A stretch of DNA of 64,000 bases from Phoronis australis. Lineage: Eukaryota; Animalia; Phoronida. A program made the translations under genes and the position numbers. Under the pieces are notes generated by a model. It did no database searches, was not told the origin of the DNA, and saw only the letters and a list, made by a program, of their open reading frames with translations. The first letter of the stretch is position 1; every line of letters begins with the position of its first letter. Positions 26,206-37,776 of this stretch are shown in pieces. The stretch is from positions 176,710 through 240,709 of the forward strand of contig NMRA01000102.1 in assembly GCA_002633005.1 (NCBI GenBank), written 5' to 3'.

Positions 26206-28104
26206 GAAGGGGGGCACGTGCCCCTCAAAAAAATTTCAGGCGTCAGGGTTACACCGTGCCCGCCAACCGACACAGGCATGGGGCCGGGTACAATCGAGAA
26301 AAGAAAAACTGCAAAATACGGATAAGATAGAAAATTCAAGAAAACATTTAACAAGTCTGTATCAGTGCATGGTGTACATTTTCTGGCCAGGACATTGTCG
26401 TTAAGATCTCCGCTTTTGCAGCACAGGTCGTCTAAACACACTTGAAAACGTGCACGTAATATACATATTTGTAAAATGAAGCTTTTGCGGATTTACTGGA
26501 TTTTTAAAGTCAATAAGTCAATTTTGCGAATGCAAAACTAAGTTCACTCAGAGGCCCCTGTCTGGCAAGAGATAACGGAGACAACTGTCGCTTATTTTTT
26601 TTCTCGAAATTGCGGTATATCACTTGAGAAAAATTGATCACCTGACAGATAACATCAATTGCTGCGCATTTCCTGATTTTTGAAAATAGGGGCCCGCCCC
26701 TGAAGGAGGCCATTGATGACATTCAAGTGGTCACCCTTTTTGTGTTTTTGTTGACAGATTCTTAAGGGGTCGCTCACGGAGAGAGGGCCCAATGTTGGAA
26801 TCGATTACCTCTATTTTCCTGTTTTTTGTGAAATCGTGCAACTGGCTTTCATGTTAAAGAAGGTCACTTCCAGCACTGTCGTCTGACCACACGACGGTGG
26901 AATGAACCGTACTCTTTTCCAGGCTTAATGGTGATTAGCCTTTCATCTTAAAGTGTCCCGTTTCAGACAGGATCCTCGTTCCGTGGAGCAGTTCAGGGAA
27001 AATGTCCCTTTGTCCCTCTATATAAGTAAATCCGACATTGCCAAGTATTCACGAGGGAAGTTGAGATTCCAAATTCATCAAAAAAAAAACAACAAAACAT
27101 TCGTGCACAGCACAGCAGTGTTCAAGACATTCCACCCAAACAACCAAAAAATGTGAAAAAATACAATAGGATTGACCGCCATCGAAAGGGTGGGATTTCG
27201 AAAAACGTGAAGACCACTGTTATGTGAATTACACTAAAGGACTATTTACGATGGCTAGTAATAAAATAATGTTCACCATTTCCCATAGTATCACAAGAGT
27301 AGTATCTCATTTGAAGGTGGTTACTATGAGTTGTTTGTAAAGAATACCCACATGTGGAAACACTGCACACAGCTGTCGATGCTACTATTTGTGAAGGCCC
27401 TGTACATGTCAAACGGGGGTAGTCAAAGAACTCTCGCAATCATAAACAAAGATTTCAGCGCTTTTTGTCAGCGGAGTTCAAGTTAACCTCGTGAACCGTT
27501 ATAGGTACGTCTGAAATGAGCAAAAATACACCTTAATACGAATATACCATCTCCCATATTCCCCCGTTTACCTGTCAAAAATCTGCGAGCATGCCCGGCC
27601 TGCGGAAATTGCTTATGACCTTCTGTTTTGTTTAACAAATTCGTTGGTTTCTGATGTAGTTGTTTATATATCTACGAAAATCGATAGATTCAGAGATGAT
27701 TTTTGACAATCAAAGGCAAATCTTGTTAGAATTGATTATGTTTCAGTGAATTTAGTTGCAGCCTGAAATTGGAAAAATTATAATCTGATCCCCAAATGGT
27801 AAAGTACACCTAGGAACCAGTACACTTAGAGACGATTTTTGCCTAGTAAAATAACTCTCACACATTGACGAAATTCGGACAATTCCCAAAAATATACTCA
27901 CAATTCAAATGGCAATAACTGCACTAGTTTTCGACTTAGGTACAAGATTTGTCGCTTAAACTCATAAACAGGAGATCAATAAGGAATTGAGTCATTAAAT
28001 CAAGGTAAGCACATTGCTTATGGAATCGATTGCTGATTTCTGATTTACATGTATATCTCCATGATAGCAAGTAACAGCATATGTTCACGAAAACAACAAC
28101 GGAT

Positions 28105-28160
28105 TTAAAACTTGACATGTTTCGGTGTCATTTATTAAACACCATCCTCAGAAGTCATAA
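28105..28160 (-). ncRNA. Minimal type I hammerhead ribozyme of the Penelope element
   Basis: Minus strand TTATGACTT-CTGAGGA-T-GGTGTT-loop-GACACC-GAAA-CATG-TC-AAGTTTTAA: intact CUGANGA/GAAA core, stem II, palindromic ACATGT stem III, stem I. Confidence 0.8.
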
Positions 28161-29022
28161 TACAGTGGCCACCTAGCTAGGCCCAGCAACAAGTAATGAA
28201 GCACAGATACAGTCAGTTACAGGGAGTGACAATGAACTATACCAACAATGACAACCTGTGGTGTGTCAGTTGCCTATTGAGATTGGGCTTGCACCAACTG
28301 ATATGTAAAGCCTCACGAATTTTAAGCTCCTTTGTTGTTACTGCCTGGTCTATTATTGCAAAGTCATTGAAAGAGCACTGCTGATAACAATGATTGGAGC
28401 TCTGCAGGTGAATATTTACATGTGAATTACTGTCAGAATTTAGATGTTCCTTGGTCCTGGTTTTCAAATGGCGAACAGTTTCGCCTATATAACTGGAGCC
28501 ACATCCAGCACAGATAAATTTGTATACAACCTTGGACCGTAGACCCATAGAAATTTTGTCCTTAGGGTTAAATAAACTCGACAGTTTTAGAGACTTGAAT
28601 GTTAATACAACTCTTAAGTTCACACAGTAATCATTCACCAATTTGTTGAGTTTTCGTTGAGCAATTTTGGCGTAAAACCCAACATAGGGTATTTTAAAGT
28701 ACTTGTAGTTAGTTTTGTCTACAGGATGAACATCATCAGGGTTACGTTGGAGTCTTGCTTTCAGTACCCTATTGACTAATTCTAGGGGATAGCCATTCTT
28801 TTGCAAATTCGTTGTAAGTTCTTTGATATTAGAATCAAATCTAGCCCAAGTGTTGTTAATGCGATATACCCTGTCTATTAGCGTCTTTATGAGACCTACT
28901 TTATAAACAAAGGATGTGAAGCTATGAAAACAAGTGTACAGTCCTGTGTAAGTCTTCTTATGAAATACTGATGTTATCACTGAGGTACCCTCACGCTCTA
29001 CTAACACGTCCAGAAATGGCAA
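28105..29022 (-). mobile_element. 5'-truncated Penelope-like retroelement (RT C-terminus plus GIY-YIG endonuclease)
   Basis: Stop-free 261-aa ORF 29022-28237: PFLDVLV, NGYP, IPY, VVYKFICAGCGSSYIGETVRHLKTRTKEH, REALHI, PNLN; hammerhead downstream. Confidence 0.92.
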
Positions 29023-30548
29023 AATGTATATATATCTACGAAAATCGATTGATTATAGATGATTTTTTGACTCATGATTAGAAGCGAATCTTTTAAGAAA
29101 TGACGATGCTTCAGTGAACTTAGTTGCAGGCTGACATTGGGAAATTCGATCTATCATCAGATCCCCAAATAACAAAGTAGACTAAACGATTTTTGTTTAT
29201 CTGAAATAAGTCTCAAGGATATTGATGAATGTCGGTCGTGTTTCGACGAGGTATTTTGAAACAGCCTCAGAGGCACTATACCAGGGACCTTAGGATATCA
29301 CCTTTTCAAAAAACACCTGCACAGAATGACCATAATGAAATGAAGTTTTCTCGAAACTGGATCACAATAAAGCGAATCTTGACCTTAGAGCCAGCGCAGA
29401 CGGATATGTACGAGCTAAGCTGCCTGCCTCAAGCTGACTAGCAACTAGCTTTAGTTCATCGGGAATTTCGTTTTTTCACGCTGTTAGATCTCAAATACAG
29501 TTACTTGAGGCATCTCCTCGCTACCCGTCGGTGCACTGGTCCTAGGCCCAATCTTACTCTCCGTGACACTTTGTTGTTTCTCGGTTACTCAAATGTCTGC
29601 ATCCCCGGGATTGCCCCCCCCGCCTAGGGCGGACTTGGGAGATTCGGTACTGAGAAATATGGTGATAACGAGAGCACGGGGGCGGCGCCGGGGGCGGGGG
29701 TAGTTTGGCGAAGTCGAAAAGGTTTGTGCCCCCCCCAATGATTTTTGCCTTCCTACAGGCCTGCTATATGCTTTTTACTTTACTGTTGCCCATGACCGTG
29801 ACTTAGGAAGTCAACATATACGACATTTCTCTGGTGCGATTCAATAATGCCATCTGGAGCAACTTGCTAGTGTTGAAAACATTAATGCAATTTTGATCGG
29901 TTTGAAAGAAAATTGCCTAAAACGAGATTGGTGTTGCGGCAGAAATCAAACCAGAGGTGTGTTTATGCGGTATGTCTACCCATGAGTTTTCAGTGTAAAC
30001 CAGTAGGTGTGTTTACGCGGTATGTCTACCCATGAATGTTCAGTGTTACGTTGCAATCGTGCGGGAAGAATAAGTTAAATTCACAGAATCCCCAGTTACC
30101 ACATGAGCGCACTTTATCATGATTTGTGTACAGGAAGAGGCAGAGTACGCAGCCATAACATTTAGCTTATACTTGTAAATATAATTCGATAAAATTGCTT
30201 TATTGTATCAATTATTTCAATTAAACAATATGGAACAGTATATAAACTGTCTTGGTTACACTTGTCGGGTAAGTTTTATAGCCCGCCATGCGAGCCCGTG
30301 GAAAACTAAAATCTTCGGGCGACCCTATTGTTTTTCCCAATTCTGAAGTGGTTCGATCATTTCGTAAAATATGTTTTATTTTCAAGTTTCTTTTGTCTGA
30401 CGTGCTAAATTTTGTAGAAAAAATATTATGTCTGAACAAATATCATTGTATCAAATAACACAAACTTTCTTATTTTACGGTCGGTCGCACGAAGGGAAAA
30501 ATAATTTACACTGCTTGCTGTGGCTTTCAAGCAACGGTGTCTGTAGTA

Positions 30549-30764
30549 AAGTTAGTCAAGATTGTACTCACTGCTAAACTGAAAATCATTTGATAAATGT
30601 GAGATATTTCGACCGGCAACCCACCGTTTTGATCACTCTCTAGGTGGCGTTGTCGTCGTCTGGACAAGTCTATACAAGAGAGCGATCAAGGCGGTGAGTT
30701 GCCACTGTCGAAATATCTCACACATGATTTTCATTTTAGTCGTGAGTACAGTCTTAACTTACTT
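30549..30764. repeat. Imperfect palindrome / fold-back element
   Basis: TGTGAGATATTTCGAC..TGATCACTCTCT versus AGAGAGCGATCA..GTCGAAATATCTCACA. Confidence 0.75.
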
Positions 30765-30803
30765 AATATGAGTATACCACGGCGGGTTAGCTTTCATCAG
30801 TAT

Positions 30804-31052
30804 CATGCGCGCACCCAGGGGGAGGGAGCTCGGCTCGAGCGAGCCCCTTGGCGAAGTGGGCAAAGGGTCCGCTTTACTGAGAAAAAAAAGTCCGAATATG
30901 TAGAAAACGAGACAAAAGTCCACTAAAAGGGTAGGAACTACCAAAATTCGGCGAATGCACAATTCATAGCCCTGAGCGTACCTTGTTTTTTAGTAAAAGG
31001 TCCACATTTTCATAAATTCGAGCTCCCATTTTTTAGGCTGGGTGCGCGTCTG
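30804..31052. mobile_element. MITE, same family as 6917-7177
   Basis: CATGCGCGCACCCAG...CTGGGTGCGCGTCTG flanked by AGTAT/AGTGT. Confidence 0.72.
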
Positions 31053-31127
31053 AGTGTCATGTGTTTGATTAATCAAGATGGTTGTTGCTTGCACCTGCAA
31101 GATGAAAAAAATTGATTATTGTTACAG

Positions 31128-31269
31128 GCAAAGCGTTATTGGAAATTCACCAACCGTGTACCTGCCGACAATAATCCGCAGACGATAGCTGAGCACTGGA
31201 AAGATATACCCAACAATATGGACGCCATTTTCAAATGGGGAGGAAATGGAAAAATTTACGCAATGAAAG
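31128..31269 (+). CDS. MMP exon (hemopexin blades 2-3)
   Basis: tacag acceptor; AKRYWKFTNRVPADNNPQTIAEHWKDIPNNMDAIFKWGGNGKIYAMK(G); donor gtgatc; phase 0-1. Confidence 0.92.
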
Positions 31270-31294
31270 GTGATCGGTTTGTCAAGAGCTTATA

Positions 31295-32303
31295 GGCCCA
31301 TATATACTGACTAAACTCCGGTATGAGCGGAGCATCGACGTAAACTGCGAAGTTAATTGAATCGTTCATACCGGCTTCGGTAATTAACGGACATCGAAGT
31401 AAACGGTATGACGCTGTTGTAATCGTAACGTAACGAGTGCAGCTAAGTTCTTGTACAATGTGACAGCTTGGTAACATTTACGTGTACTAATTGACATAAA
31501 AATTATTTCTTATTCGATTGGTGGTTATTCGAGCAAAATGTAAGCAACTATTAGTGACGATCGAGTGACGACATTGCCCTTTAATTGTTGACGATAACAG
31601 TACATGGACGGAAGTTGACTGCTCATGCTGCACCGAAGCGTCGACGATCCGCTGTTAAATCCACCTGTTTACTGCGAAGTTAACTGGCGCTGTTAACTTC
31701 GATCCAGGACCGAAGTTAACCGTTCATACTGACGGCAACTACCCAAAACATCGACGCGTCGACTTTAATGTGAAAGGGCTAAAGGCCCTTTCATACTAAC
31801 ATAGACGCGTCGATGTTTTGGGGAGTTGCGGTCAGTATTAACGGTTAACTTCGGTCCTGAATTGAAGTTAACAACGGCAGTTAATTTCGCAGTAAACCGG
31901 TGCATTTAACAGCGGAAAGCGTTGACGCTACGGTGCACCCTATGAACGGCCAACTTCGGTCCCATCGAAGTTAGCGCCATGAGGAGCCAATCTCATCGTC
32001 ACCAATTAAAGGGCAGTGTCATCGCTAATAGTTGCGGATATTTTACTCGAATAACAACCAATCGAATTTGAAATAACTTATGTCAGTTAGACCTTGCAAA
32101 TGTTCCCAAGTGGTCACATTGAAAAAATCTTAGCATGCACGCGATGCATCAGCGCTACCTTGCGATTACTTCGATGACAACAGCGTAACCTACTGTTTAC
32201 TTCGATGTTCGTTAACTTACCGAAGCCGGTATGAACGATTCTGTTAACTTCTCAGTTTACGTCGACGCTCTGCTGAGTACGGAGTTAAGTCAGTATGCAA
32301 GCC
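31295..32303. repeat. About 1-kb imperfect palindrome (two inverted MITE copies abutting)
   Basis: Arms 31295-31780 and 31784-32303 are reverse complements; centre GTGAAAGGGCT-AA-AGGCCCTTTCATAC. Confidence 0.85.
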
Positions 32304-32799
32304 ACTGCCTCCGAAGCTTCTTTTTACCGACGCTTCGGTCAGTGGGAACACTTGATTTCCTCTACCAAAGTTAACAGCGCTAGTTAACTCCGAAGTGAAA
32401 AGATGGATTTCACAGCAAAGCGTCGGCGCTTCTGTATAATGAGAACACTTAACCTCGATGCCATCGGAGTTATCGGCAGGTGTCACTGCATTCGTCAACA
32501 GCGGCGGTAACTGGTTAATATTTGATTATATTTTGTTCCAGTTTTGGCTGTATGAGCACTCTGATTCTATTTTCCATATGTTTGCTGGATTCTTTTCACT
32601 GTACTGTGATTACTTTCATCTTTCAAAATTATGGATAGGCGAAGTCGCCTGGTACACGTTCTAAATCTAGACCAACGCAATACCTGAGAAACTGAGGAAA
32701 ATGGGTATCCAAAACTACCACTTTTCCAACTGTGTTATAGACGATGCAATAGCCCAAAATGTGCTCTGGAGACATAGCTCATAGATTGGAGGGCGAAAC

Positions 32800-34499
32800 T
32801 AAGGAAAGCCAAAGGGAAAAAAATTCCAGGACACTTATTTTCTATGCAAGATTTAAAAATAGTCCAAAACGTTGTTTTCACTCTGCATGACAAAAAAGAC
32901 CAAAATTTATCAAGTTAGGACCTATAATTTATGACGCCAGGAGTGAAAATTTAACACTTCAGTATCGAAATTTAACAGGCCAGGACAGATAAATTAAGCA
33001 CGCCACGACCGAAAATTTATAACGCGGGAAAATTTTTATGCCAAGAGACCACGTGACCTTCCCTAAGCATTGTTCCCTCTAAGAGATAACGTCGGTATCT
33101 ACGTGCATCAAAAGGCTAAGCATTCAACAATGTCTCGCCGACGAGTCATACTATCGTGACAATGATGTTGAATTTCTGTTGTCTCTTCCACGCTTTACAA
33201 CAGAAACCAATGTACACTTTGCCTTTTGGACACATTACACTTAACTACAGCTAAGTATTACAGAGACTCAGCTGATTGTCACTACATTGTAGGCAAACGC
33301 GACCCAGTCTCTCAATAACTTTTTTACACTCAGTTGGCTGGTTGCCAGGGCGGGGGGGGGGTTCGTGAGGTTCGATCGAACCCCTTCCCCCTCGAGAAAG
33401 GTCCAGCCCTAGCCAGTAACCGCTACGGAAAGGTTGCCCAAACAGAGAAAAACTCTTAAATGAAGTACATATCCCGAATCTGTAGAAAAAAACCCTCACC
33501 GACGTGTCCCGTAGTCGCTGGTCGACAAGGCGCGATGTTTACGCGTTCATTCGAGCAGATAGTATGAGCTGAGTCTCATAAAAATTGCCGTATTGGCGCT
33601 GATACATGTCCAGAGCATCAAAGAGTTAGTTACTGACAACGTTTAGAGAAGATAAATCCGAGGAAGATAAAATTTAGAAGCCTATCAACCTCGCGTGCAT
33701 CTCACCGTTTTAATGAGAAATGTTGTACTAAAAATGGAATTTACAACATCTAGATTGAGTTAACTGAACTTATTGACAGTTATGTATTGAAAACATTGCG
33801 TCGCCCACCTTAGGGGCGCTCTCGTAAAAGAGTACAGAGTCGATGCCAATTTTTGCCAAATATCATCATAAGGTCCACTGTTTTAGAAATTCGAACCACC
33901 CCTTGCGCAATCCTGACCACGGGCCTGCACTGGTGACATTTAGCGAGCTGACGAGGTATGACATGTGATGTATTTTGATTTAATAATAGATCACAAACTC
34001 GTTCTTCCCGGCGTCGTCCGCGACTTTTACTCTTTGAAAAGAAAACCTGTCAGTGTCAAGTCTCAAACAACTCACATGACACGACAAATGATGCGCTGAA
34101 AAATTCTTAATTTTAAGACGGAGAGAATCATGCAATATGAAAATAATAAATTTAAATTTAGACCTTGAGTTCATATTGCATGTTTGAGACAGCTCAACTC
34201 AGTTTTATCCTCCGAGTAGTCTAATCCCGTCGGACCGGCTAACACCACGAAAAAGTTATTGAGCGACTGGGTCCCGTTTGCGTCGAGAGAGTGGATGGTT
34301 ACGTGGTCTTCTGGCATGAAAATTTTCGGTCCTGGCATTATAAATTTTCGGTCTTGACGTGTTAAATTTTGGTCCTGACGGGATAAATTGTAGGTCCTGG
34401 GGTGATAAATTATGTTTTTGAGCTTTTTTCGTCCTGCAGAGATTTAAATTCCTGAATTGAAAATGTGTCCTGAAATGTTTTCCGCTTTGGCTTTCCATA
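32800..34499. mobile_element. Non-autonomous element with long TIRs (TA-flanked, Tc1/mariner-like)
   Basis: GGAAAGCCAAAG...CTTTGGCTTTCC termini; about 260-bp inverted arms; contains a nested element at about 33345-33927. Confidence 0.6.
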
Positions 34500-35002
34500 A
34501 TATGCACACCCGAGCCAAAAGCCTACCCGAGACGATACCTCACAGACGGCGAAATACACACCCACGCCAAATGCCCACCGGAGGCCGATACATAGCTACA
34601 ATTATCTCAGTGCAGTTAATTGAATCAGCAGTGTTGACATGGCCATCGGAAAAAGCCTTTCGTTTTTTGCCAGCTAAACAGGACGGAATGTAGTTTTAAT
34701 AAATAGAAAGAAACTTTCGTTAAAACGGCGGCGCCAGGCAGGCACCCTCACAAAGTCACCTGGCTGACAAAAGTCCCATCTGAGTATACCATGATTTTAA
34801 AATTCCTCATTTGACAAATGTTTCGGTTTAATATTTGTCTAACACTGGAAGTGGAGTACTGTATAACCGTTGTTTCTTCTTCAAGAGGCCCCTTCAAGAT
34901 GGACCCCCTTCATAAGGGGAGCCCGGAAATTGCCATCTTTTTGTCCTCCTAATATGGAGTTGGTAAACAAGTATTAGGTGTCCATTACAATATTACTCAC
35001 AG

Positions 35003-35169
35003 GCAGACATTACTGGAAACAAGATGGTGGTAAAGATTATCCACGTCCTCTGGAGGTTTGGAAGAACTTGCCGAAAACTATAGACGCCGCAATGTTGTGG
35101 ACTCAGAGTGGCTTCACGTATTTCTTTAGCGGTCCTTACTACTACCGCTTCAACGACAGAACATTCGAA
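35003..35169 (+). CDS. MMP exon (hemopexin blades 3-4)
   Basis: cacag acceptor; (G)RHYWKQDGGKDYPRPLEVWKNLPKTIDAAMLWTQSGFTYFFSGPYYYRFNDRTFE; donor gtaagt; phase 1-0. Confidence 0.94.
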
Positions 35170-35607
35170 GTAAGTGTCTAATTTAGCTGAAATTAAATTT
35201 GAAAATGTTTTTGTGATAGTGGCTCAATTTTACTCTGACTGTGATGGACACAAATATTACAGTACGGTTACACATATCTGTCTCTTCTCGGTGCTCACCA
35301 GTTTTTTAACCAAAAAAACAACACTATCCTAATTATCTCCCCTTAAACTGCAGTTTCTTTTCTCGGTGCTGGAAACGTGTAGCACATTTTCCAGTCTTGT
35401 GAGGACTTATATGTGCTCGCGTGATTTTCTCAATTAAATTTGGACTCTGTTAGTAGCCGGGTACTTTTATATCAAAGTTACGGCAATACTTCTAGACGAA
35501 GAGGTGCAAGCAATACATTGCATATATTTGCAAAGGTCAAGCAGGGTAATTTTCAAATTATAGGCTTACATGACGCTGTATTTAGTAGTGTTAATGTGGA
35601 AGATTGT

Positions 35608-35904
35608 CTTTGGCCAAATGGGTGAACGTTACGCACGTAAATTACGTGCGAAAGTTAGTTCTTGTTTGAGGCGTAAAGTAATTATTAAGAGGCTTAAAAT
35701 AATTATTCGCGGCGTAACGTAATTACTTTACGCCTCTAAATAATTACTTTACGCCTCTAACACGACTTAACTTACGTGCACGTAACGTTAATTCTTGTTA
35801 GAGGCGTAAATTAATTTTTTGCGGCATATTACTTTACGCCTCTAACAAGAATTAAATTACGCATGTAATCTATGTGCGTAACGTTTACCAATTTGGCCAA
35901 CGAT
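35608..35904. mobile_element. Palindromic MITE (second copy 54743-55028)
   Basis: TTGGCCAAA..GTGAACGTTACGC / GCGTAACGTTTACC..TTGGCCAACGATA; TA-flanked in the second copy. Confidence 0.7.
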
Positions 35905-36246
35905 AGAAGATTAATGGTCACGGCGCTCTAAACTTTAAAAACAAGTTATTCATTTCATATAGCACTCGCGGTTTAGTGGAATGGGATTATTTAGATGCTG
36001 CATACACAATGGATGAATTTTACACGACCAACTGTCAACGTCCTCGCCCGTTTTCCAGCAAACCAATGGTGGCGCCAAAATCTCTTTATTTCTAGATTCC
36101 GTACTTGTTTTTTTTTTACTTTCTACAATCGCATCATTGTCATTGTTGGTCGTATTTTTAGCACAGCTCATTGATAGTGTCGCTTCAAAAGAGTATTTTG
36201 TTTTCGCATCTGATGAAGTTAATGTTGCACCGGCGTGCATTTTCAG

Positions 36247-36528
36247 GTAGATAGAAATTATCCGAAGTTAACATCGCAGTGGTGGTTCGAGTGTGACAAG
36301 AGTGGAAAGATCGTGCAACCTCCGCGCACCGGCGCCTCGCGAGACCGCAACTTAGGAGAAATGGCGAACGTGCGCGGCAACCCGTGGGACCCTAAGGACA
36401 ATGGCGACACATCGCCATCAACAACTGAAACTGAGTGCCCATGCAAAGGATCAAGGGCCGTTGGCCAACTGATATTGCTCATTTGTTCAATATGCTATTA
36501 TTTTTTATGTAACACTAGTTCAATATAG
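36247..36528 (+). CDS. MMP last coding exon (hemopexin end, stem, hydrophobic GPI-like tail)
   Basis: tttcag acceptor; VDRNYPKLTSQWWFEC...TTETECPCKGSRAVGQLILLICSICYYFLCNTSSI*. The nine exons sum to 1469 nt and stay in frame. Hemopexin motifs resemble invertebrate (Drosophila Mmp1-type) MMPs. Confidence 0.9.
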   Translation, partial: VDRNYPKLTSQWWFECDKSGKIVQPPRTGASRDRNLGEMANVRGNPWDPKDNGDTSPSTTETECPCKGSRAVGQLILLICSICYYFLCNTSSI

Positions 36529-36954
36529 ATTTTTCGTTTATGTGCATGGTGCACAAACGGAGTCAGTCGAAAGTCGAGTACGTGTTTCTGAACCTTCCAA
36601 ATGCTAATATACTGTTCACCTTATAAGGAAGTCGTATCAAGGCGACCATCACACGCGACGTGGGTCTACAAATTCTATTGAACCAGGGGACCAAACGGTG
36701 TATTATAGGGTGGTTTTTAGCTTAGTCACTTAAATGTTGACATTCCGAAGATGTGATGGAAAATTCAAGTCAGTCGTCAGGGATTTTTAACTAGTTTAAT
36801 CCACGTGTATTGCAAGCATGTAGTGTAACGGCAAATCTCACGTGACTGTAAAAGAAATAATCAAACTTAGAGGAGTCGGTTTACATCACCTTAATTTTGC
36901 ATGTACTTGTCCTCTTTGAATGTAAGCAATACAGATTGTGTGGGACATTGAGCG

Positions 36955-36960
36955 AATAAA
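36955..36960 (+). terminator. Candidate polyadenylation signal of the MMP gene
   Basis: AATAAA about 430 nt after the stop codon. Confidence 0.4.
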
Positions 36961-37776
36961 AGCCACATTTCCTGCGTACGCACTATAACCACATTACAAA
37001 GCAGACGACTCAACTACAGGCACAGAACTATCATCATGATAGAAAGTGGTCTACGTCCCATAACAGATCATTAATTAAAACAGTATCCAAACCATTTTAA
37101 TGATTTGGATAGCGTTTTGGGAAATTAAAATTTCAAAACTTGGATTGCTCCATATAAGTCGCAAGCGATCTCCTTTTGGGTAAACCAACTATCATGGCAT
37201 AGTTTGATGGAGAACAGAAAATTAATCAACATGTTTCGTGAATTTCATGTTTGGGAAGGAAAGTATACCCCTTTGAAAGAATATTAAACTCTATTTTGAT
37301 GATTTCAACCAATCCTGGCTCTGTCACTTGCTAATGATGTCGATCTTGAACGATAAAAGCAGAAATCAACAAAAACTCCTACTTTCTAAGTCACAGATTG
37401 GATATTATAGATCTTGGTTGGTGGCCAGCTTTTGCCACCGCAGTTGTCGTATTATTCTCTAAAAGGCAGCGTAGGTCAGACGATTGCCCGTTCATCAGAC
37501 CTTGAAAGCTTTCAAATTTTCCTTCAAACTTTTGAGGGTTGCCGGAGATTACAGAGCATCATTTTGTATCGGAGAATGGGTTGGAAGTCGTCTTTAATAT
37601 CAGTTAATAAACGAATAGCATGGCACACTCAACTGCTTGTGTATTGGCAGCAACATTGTTCTCTGTGACAACTACCTGTTTTCCACCAAGATCCACAAAA
37701 TTATACGGGTGAAATTTTTCATTTTTCACATTAAAGCATTTGGTAAAAATATAGCGTCAACCAAGTAGACACTTAA

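Larger units (their letters stand above)
25445..29763. mobile_element. 4.3-kb non-autonomous TIR element with 5-bp TSD (hAT5-like) hosting nested elements
   Basis: TIRs CAGGTCCGTAGGAAG / CTTCCTACAGGCCTG, flanked on both sides by CTATA. Confidence 0.75.
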
